From NCBI GenBank assembly GCA_963667845.2, contig CAXXVL010000001.1:128001-192000 (forward strand): 64,000 nucleotides of DNA, written 5' to 3'. Within the stretch, counting starts at the first letter, position 1, and the number at the start of each line of letters is the position of its first letter. This DNA is from Smithellaceae bacterium. Its GTDB lineage: Bacteria > Desulfobacterota > Syntrophia > Syntrophales > Smithellaceae. A program made the translations under genes and the position numbers. Of the stretch, positions 58,318 through 64,000 are shown one piece after another. A model generated the notes under the pieces. It saw only the letters and a program-made list of their open reading frames with translations, searched no databases and was not told where the DNA came from.

Positions 58318-60219
58318 ATGAAAATATCCAGGGATTTGCAAACATTTGTTATTTTACTGCTCGCCTGCAGTGCGTTTATGCCGGTTTATGCACAAGCCGG
58401 ACAGGATGCCAGGCCCGCGCTTTATCAGGCCATCGATAAAAATGATGTTGCCGGGGCCAAAGCTCTGATCGCCGGCGGCGTGGATGTAAATGCCGTATAT
58501 GACCGGGATACAATGCTTTTATGGGCGATAAGAAAAGACAGATCCGAAATAACTAAACTGATCATTCAATCTCCGAAGATAAAGCTGGAAAGCAGAGGCG
58601 TGTCGTATGACGACTTCGGTGAATGGGGACGCACGGCATTAATTCTTGCAGCTCACATGGGACAAACGGAAATTGTCGGCCTTCTTCTCAAAAAAGGCGC
58701 GGATGTAAATGCACGTGACAATACGGATGATTCGCCTCAGTCCAGGGGTAATACGGCGCTTTTTAAGGCTGTCCAGAGAAATCATGTTGAAGTAGCCAGG
58801 TTAATTCTTTCTCACCCGAAAAAAGTTGATATCAACGGAAGGTTTACCTATGGAGCAACTGTTCTAATGGTCGCGATAGATAATGGCAGCTTAGATATGG
58901 TTAAGCTTCTTGTCAGTAATGGTGCAAAAATAAATATACCCGGTCATAATGGAATGTCCATGCTTGATGGAACAATACGCAATAAAAATTTTGATATTCT
59001 TGAATATCTGATAGCGCAGGGAGCTGATATTAATTATATCAATGCCGGATATACTCATCTGCATGCTATCATTGATTCTACAAAAGACAATAAACCTGTG
59101 ACAGGTCACCTTAAAAAGTTCCTATCCTACAAGCCGAATCTTAATCTTGAGTCTATGAAGAATGGAGGAGAAGGTTTTTCTGCCTTACATAAGGCAACAA
59201 GTAACGGATTTGTTGATTATGTTGAAATCCTGTTGGACAGCGGTGCGAATATAAATATTAAAAGTCTCGCAACGGGCGGTACGCCTCTGCACACGGCGGC
59301 AAGCTGGAAATATATTGGTGTTACAAGATATCTGATAAAACGCGGGGCTGATCTGGAAATTTTAGATAACAAAGGATTTACTCCGCTATCATTGGCGGCA
59401 TTGGGGAACAGGCTGCAAAATGTTCAGGCGCTTGTAGAAGCCGGCGCAAAGGTTAATATTCGGACTACCACAGGCAACATGACTCCACTCATCGCATCCG
59501 CTAGCAATATTGACCCTTTGAAACATTCGGATAGCCTGGATGTGATGAAATACCTATTAGACCGAAACGCTGATGTTAATTTTCAGGCATCAGATGGGAA
59601 AACGGCATTGATTGCGGCTGCGGCCTGTTCCGACAGTGGACAGCCTCAAGAGAAAGTTAAGCTGCTCCTTGGCAGAGGTGCGAAAACTGATCTTGCGAAT
59701 AATAGCGGCGAAACCGCATTGATGTTTGCGGCGGGAAGAGGAAATGATCGGACCGTAAAACTTCTTGTTGAAAAGGGGGCTGATGTAAACCTGAAAAACA
59801 ACGCGGGTGAATCAGCAATGCCCTATGCGCAGCGTTCAGGTAATAAAGATGTAATGGCTTATCTTGAATCAAAGGGGGCAAAAAATGAGGCTCCTGCTGT
59901 GATGAAAAGCATCATCGTCAAAGACCTGGTTGGCACATGGCAGGGCTTTCAAGACGGGTTGCCGCAGGCCATATTCAAGCTTACCCTGAACAAAGACAAT
60001 ACGTTTGATTTTGTTTCCCGATTGACGCCGGAAGTCCTGAAGACGCTCCCCAAAGGCTCCATGAATCCCGTCATTGCCGCCCAGAAAGGGACTTATACCT
60101 TTAACCGTGACATCCTGATCCTGAATCTGACCGGTGCGGCACCCGTTTCCAGGAAGTGGAAACTGGAGAATAAGGTATTAATACTGGACAATATAATCAG
60201 ACTGAAAAAAATCAAATAA
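58318..60219 (+). CDS. Exported ankyrin-repeat protein with a C-terminal beta-rich domain
   Basis: Signal peptide; more than 10 G.T[AP]L..A...G...V..LL..GA.[VI]N repeats. Confidence 0.92.
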   Translation: MKISRDLQTFVILLLACSAFMPVYAQAGQDARPALYQAIDKNDVAGAKALIAGGVDVNAVYDRDTMLLWAIRKDRSEITKLIIQSPKIKLESRGVSYDDFGEWGRTALILAAHMGQTEIVGLLLKKGADVNARDNTDDSPQSRGNTALFKAVQRNHVEVARLILSHPKKVDINGRFTYGATVLMVAIDNGSLDMVKLLVSNGAKINIPGHNGMSMLDGTIRNKNFDILEYLIAQGADINYINAGYTHLHAIIDSTKDNKPVTGHLKKFLSYKPNLNLESMKNGGEGFSALHKATSNGFVDYVEILLDSGANINIKSLATGGTPLHTAASWKYIGVTRYLIKRGADLEILDNKGFTPLSLAALGNRLQNVQALVEAGAKVNIRTTTGNMTPLIASASNIDPLKHSDSLDVMKYLLDRNADVNFQASDGKTALIAAAACSDSGQPQEKVKLLLGRGAKTDLANNSGETALMFAAGRGNDRTVKLLVEKGADVNLKNNAGESAMPYAQRSGNKDVMAYLESKGAKNEAPAVMKSIIVKDLVGTWQGFQDGLPQAIFKLTLNKDNTFDFVSRLTPEVLKTLPKGSMNPVIAAQKGTYTFNRDILILNLTGAAPVSRKWKLENKVLILDNIIRLKKIK

Positions 60220-60256
60220 AAAACCTGATGTCTGAGGCGGACTTTTCTAGGTGGTG

Positions 60257-60435
60257 GCAGTTGCAGCGGGGCGTGCCTTTTGCTCAATGCCCTCAACTGT
60301 GGCGCTAAGCTCATGGCGCGCGAGCCTTAAACTTGCCCTTCGGGCTCAAACGGTTTGGCTATCTTATGCTCCATTACGCTAAGCGCCACAACGTTTCAGA
60401 CATGATTCGCAAAAGCCACGCCCCACTGCAACTGC
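60257..60435. mobile_element. Family B long-hairpin repeat, copy 2 (179 bp)
   Basis: GCAGTTGCAGCGGGGCGTG / CACGCCCCACTGCAACTGC terminal inverted repeat; homologous to 36480..36657. Confidence 0.85.
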
Positions 60436-60709
60436 GGCTTATCGTTGCAGTCAGATGTCGGGATTAAAGATTCGATCCCGATTCGCGTTCCCATCCACTA
60501 TCCACCATCCAACCATAAACTATTTTTATTCTTGAAATCTTTTCAATTAGTTGTATATTGTGCCCCTAATTTCAAAAGCGCATCACCCACAATTTGTCGG
60601 TTGCATTATCCTCAAAGCGAAAACGCGGGGGGATTATGACGCATCTCAAACAAACATCACTAAATAATTATTATATATTCGTTGGAGCGGAGAACTGATA
60701 CTTCAAGAA

Positions 60710-60929
60710 CCCTTTATTCTCTGATACAAGACGCAGGTTCCTATTGTGAAAGCTGGCAGCGTGTCCTGAGGCGGAAGAAGATGCGTCATTAAAAACACGA
60801 GCTGGCCAAAGTTAAGGAAGAGGCGGACTGGCGGCGGAAATTATTCCCGGATTAAAAGAAAACGAAAGGATGCTTGCCTATCCCGACGACGCCATCACCA
60901 AAGGCACGAACAGCACACTAAGGAAATAA
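60710..60929 (+). pseudogene. Probable relic of a membrane-fusion (HlyD/MFP) protein C-terminus
   Basis: GGLAAEIIPGLKENERMLAYPDDAITKGT...* at 60822-60929; the upstream frame is broken. Confidence 0.45.
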
Positions 60930-60931
60930 GG

Positions 60932-62605
60932 ATGAAAAGTATTCGCGTAAAAGCACAAGGGTTCGCTTTCGTGGCATACATCATAATGATCTGCGGGTTA
61001 ATGACGTCGTGCGGCCCGGATAGCGATCAGTTGGCCTCCTACAGAGATCAGACGCTTCAGTGGCAGACATGTCCTCAGAACGTCCGCGACTATTTCGGCG
61101 AAAAAGTCGCGGAGCTCGATAAGCTTGGTGAGCGGGCCAAGTGCGCTTTTATGTGGGCGCCGCTGGATTACAACGATCTAATAAAAGGAGGCGTGAAGAT
61201 AGCCCTGCTGCGGGTTGCTGCCGAAGATCCAGGACAGCGGCTGGGGGCAATCATGCTCAATCCCGGCGGACCGGGAGCGGATGGGTTGAATGTGTCTGTT
61301 ATTCTGGGCGGTATCTGGACGAATGTAGATACTGCGGATCCGGTGATGTTGCTCTATAAAGAGCTGTCCCGGCGCTATGATCTCATCGGGTTCTCACCGC
61401 GGGGGACCGGTTTTAGCACGAATCTGAGTTGCCCTTCAGATGAATCGTTCAGATTTGAAGCAACGATGACCGTGGATTTAAGCCAGGAAAATACAGACAA
61501 TATTCTTTACAACTCCCGCCTGATTGCCGAAAACTGCAGCAAAAATCCACAGACGCCTTATATGAATTCGGAAACCACTGCCCGGGACATGGACCTGATG
61601 CGACACCTGCTTGGGGACAGTAAATTAAATTACATCGGTTTTTCTTACGGTACCTGGCTCGGTACCTGGTATGCCGGGCTCTATCCGGAACGTGTCGGCA
61701 GGATGCTGCTGATCGGCACTGCGAATATTACCCTGCCGCTCAACAATGTCCTTCTTCAACAGGGGATGGGGCAGCAGCGGGCGCTCGATCAGGCGCTGGT
61801 TCCTTATGCCGCCCGCCATAACGGTCGTTTTAGCTTGGGCACCACGAACGAAGAAGTAAAGCAATCCTATCTGTCTCTCAAAACCATGCCGGGCCATCTG
61901 CTGGCGGCTACCGCAAAACTGCTCCCGATTTCCAAATCAAAGGAAGCCGATAAAGCACTGCTCTACCTGCGCGCGGCGCAGAAGATGCAGGAATTTATCA
62001 CAGCTAATCCGAATGCCGATGAAACGGCTGTTCAGACCTGGATCAATACAGCACAATTCGTGACGGATCCCGCTCTCAACCAGCAGGCTCGCGCCAGGGC
62101 ATTGGAAATCGCGAACAAGTATTTTTCCATGGTGCGTCATGAAGTCGAGTCGGCGTCGATAAAGGGAGAGGATGCCCTCAAGTGGGCGGTCATGTGCAAC
62201 GACAGCGGAAGCGGTTTCGGCGTGAATGATTGGATCGATGAGAACAAGAAGAGCGTAGCTCTTTATCCTTTTTACGGCGGCTTCTGGGTGCAAAACGCAT
62301 GTCTCTTCTGGGATGCGCCAACGGTGCAGAGACCGGCCTTGGCTGTGGTGGCCAGTGCCGGAAATATCCTGATGCTGCAATCAGAGCTGGATCCATGGAC
62401 CACGCTGGAGGGGGCCAATACGACATTCGCAAGTTTACCGAACGCCAGCATGATCCTTATACAAAAGGAGTATTCACACTCACTGGTTCCTCCTTACGGA
62501 AAAGAGTGTGTCGACAGACCGGTGGCTGAATATTTTCTTTACGGGAAAATACCCCCTGATCGGTTGACAAAATGCGAGGGGAACCCTCTACCGGCAGATG
62601 CGTAG
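60932..62605 (+). CDS. Alpha/beta hydrolase lipoprotein, TAP/tripeptidyl-peptidase-like (peptidase S33)
   Basis: Lipobox MTSC; NPGGPG, PRGTG, ARDMD, GFSYGT, DPWT and YSH motifs. Confidence 0.9.
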   Translation: MKSIRVKAQGFAFVAYIIMICGLMTSCGPDSDQLASYRDQTLQWQTCPQNVRDYFGEKVAELDKLGERAKCAFMWAPLDYNDLIKGGVKIALLRVAAEDPGQRLGAIMLNPGGPGADGLNVSVILGGIWTNVDTADPVMLLYKELSRRYDLIGFSPRGTGFSTNLSCPSDESFRFEATMTVDLSQENTDNILYNSRLIAENCSKNPQTPYMNSETTARDMDLMRHLLGDSKLNYIGFSYGTWLGTWYAGLYPERVGRMLLIGTANITLPLNNVLLQQGMGQQRALDQALVPYAARHNGRFSLGTTNEEVKQSYLSLKTMPGHLLAATAKLLPISKSKEADKALLYLRAAQKMQEFITANPNADETAVQTWINTAQFVTDPALNQQARARALEIANKYFSMVRHEVESASIKGEDALKWAVMCNDSGSGFGVNDWIDENKKSVALYPFYGGFWVQNACLFWDAPTVQRPALAVVASAGNILMLQSELDPWTTLEGANTTFASLPNASMILIQKEYSHSLVPPYGKECVDRPVAEYFLYGKIPPDRLTKCEGNPLPADA

Positions 62606-62715
62606 GAAAATAGAGAAAAAATGAGGTGAGGTCTTGAAATATCAGTTTATGACGGTAGGGAGATTGCCCTTACAACCATATTGTTCGTCTCGGGTGTGTG
62701 CATTGCTCCAGGGAT

Positions 62716-63045
62716 TCATCGGCCATCGATTTTTTTCATAGCCTGCTCAATGGCCTGAGCACTTTCCGGACGGATCAGGCGTGCGACTTCGCATCCGTCC
62801 GTGAGGAATACCAGCGTGGGCCACAACTTGACCCCGAAGGAACGCCCCAGTGGACGGCCGCGGCCGTCTTCGACCTTGATGTGCAAAACTTGCGGATGTG
62901 CGGCGAATGCCCGCCGGATCAGCGGCTCCGCGTCCTGGCAGTATTCGCACCAGTCCGTGCAGAAGTGCAGGACGGCCGGTCCGCTTAGCGCATCGATGTC
63001 TTTGCGGGCGGGTTCGATTTCCACAAATTTAGTGCTGAAGGCCAT
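62716..63045 (-). CDS. Thioredoxin-family protein
   Basis: WCEYC and GRSFGVKLWPTLVF motifs. Confidence 0.88.
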   Translation of the reverse strand: MAFSTKFVEIEPARKDIDALSGPAVLHFCTDWCEYCQDAEPLIRRAFAAHPQVLHIKVEDGRGRPLGRSFGVKLWPTLVFLTDGCEVARLIRPESAQAIEQAMKKIDGR

Positions 63046-63097
63046 TTTCGTTCTCCTCGTTGAATAATAAAATTATCCCCGAACATCACGTAAAGTT

Positions 63098-63123
63098 CGG
63101 CGCGCTCGGGGACCGCGCCCTAC
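63098..63123 (-). repeat. GTAG-type REP-like palindrome
   Basis: Minus strand reads GTAG-GGCGCG-gtccccgag-CGCGCC-G. Confidence 0.5.
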
Positions 63124-63180
63124 AGAAAGCCATTGGGCGGAGAGCAACACAAAGACACCTGTAATGTGCCCGGCTGCCGC

Positions 63181-63543
63181 TTATTCCGGAATCGTGCAGT
63201 AAAGCCGTGAGTCCTCCAGAGCATCCGTGCGGTAATGCACAATATCCTGATAGGCCTTGGATCGGTTCATTTCGATGAATGCGTCAATGGACGGATATTC
63301 GTAAAGAGCGATGGCGTCCCACTGTTCGTCGCCGATGACCGGCATCAGGCCGTTGCCGCGGTAAACTACCCGGCTGATCGTTTCCCCGGCGAATAATGAT
63401 TTTGTCGCTTCATAATATTTTTGATATGTTTCTCTTCCGCCGTCGCGTTTGAATCTCAGCAGATTGACCATAACAACCGGTCCCTTGTAATCCTGAGATA
63501 GGAGCTCTTTGAACTGATCCCTGGTTGGCATGATAAAAGTCAT
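63181..63543 (-). CDS. DUF1330-like dimeric alpha+beta barrel protein
   Basis: GPVVMVNLLRFK, WD.IAL.EYPS..AF..M and R..ALEDS motifs; RBS AAGGAG. Confidence 0.82.
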   Translation of the reverse strand: MTFIMPTRDQFKELLSQDYKGPVVMVNLLRFKRDGGRETYQKYYEATKSLFAGETISRVVYRGNGLMPVIGDEQWDAIALYEYPSIDAFIEMNRSKAYQDIVHYRTDALEDSRLYCTIPE

Positions 63544-63624
63544 ATTATATCTCCTTGTTTTCGGTTTTCTTTCGCAGCACAGTCATCCACGCAACCGGCG
63601 CTGCCTCCGTTCGGTTTCATTGAA

Positions 63625-64000
63625 TCACTTTCCATCGATCGCAGCGGCCCAGATCTCGGTCCAGGCGGCCTCGTTTTTGCGCCGAAACAGGTTCTGGTGG
63701 CCGAGCGCCCCGACTCCCAGGTCGGCGGGCCTCCTCAGACGAATCTCTTTTTCGGCGCGGGGCATGAATTGCAGAAACGTTTGCGCGCTCTCGGCGGTGG
63801 TCAGCGGATCGTCGGAGAAGACATACGAAATGATCGGCGCCTTCATTTCATTAAACTGGTGGGGTTTCAGCCGGTCCGCAAGTTCGCGGCGGAAGTAGTC
63901 GCCCCTGTGACACCAGCGGCGCCAGGTGCGGAAGGCGCCTGCGGGCAGGGTGGAGCCTCCCCAGAGGCCGCCCGCGGGAATGTACCCTTTCATCAAGAGC
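63625..64000 (-). CDS. Alpha/beta hydrolase, C-terminal part (5' end outside the window)
   Basis: LP.G.FR.WRRWC, FSDD and LGH..LFRR motifs. Confidence 0.75.
   Translation of the reverse strand, partial: LLMKGYIPAGGLWGGSTLPAGAFRTWRRWCHRGDYFRRELADRLKPHQFNEMKAPIISYVFSDDPLTTAESAQTFLQFMPRAEKEIRLRRPADLGVGALGHQNLFRRKNEAAWTEIWAAAIDGK

Noticed and set aside
1..64000. CRISPR array, rRNA/tRNA genes, prophage or integrase genes
   Set aside because: No regularly spaced repeat-spacer pattern, and no cas, phage or integrase motifs were seen on reading; a computational scan could still find short elements I missed.

Overview
A 64-kb window from a moderately GC-rich anaerobic bacterium. The gene content suggests Desulfobacterota/Syntrophales (Smithella/Syntrophus-like), but that assignment is inference. 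No rRNA, tRNA or CRISPR array was recognised. Transport and acyl-CoA metabolism dominate: two LivHMGF-type ABC transporters, four LivK-type binding proteins, a GctAB-like CoA-transferase, a long-chain acyl-CoA ligase and three MFS carriers. Redox and stress genes are wrbA, cydAB, a nitroreductase and a thioredoxin-like protein. Main highlights: (1) a sigma54 catabolic unit at about 45.5-57.3 kb, with an AcoR-type activator, SDR, thiolase, acyl-CoA dehydrogenase, AbfD radical dehydratase, CoA-transferase and a convergent MFS carrier; both promoters share the same three-site enhancer geometry, and the MFS gene has a structured leader of about 575 nt; (2) a signalling triad with no histidine kinase, made of CheY, pseudoREC-CheX and a REC-PilZ-Ser/Thr kinase; (3) an intact GmrSD-like (DUF262+DUF1524) ORF with altered catalytic motifs; (4) a 751-aa HTH/pseudo-cyclase/TPR-like protein; (5) a tandem duplication of a binding-protein gene that carries a gctB relic; (6) a candidate leader-peptide attenuator; (7) several families of small palindromic mobile repeats, one showing compensatory base changes.
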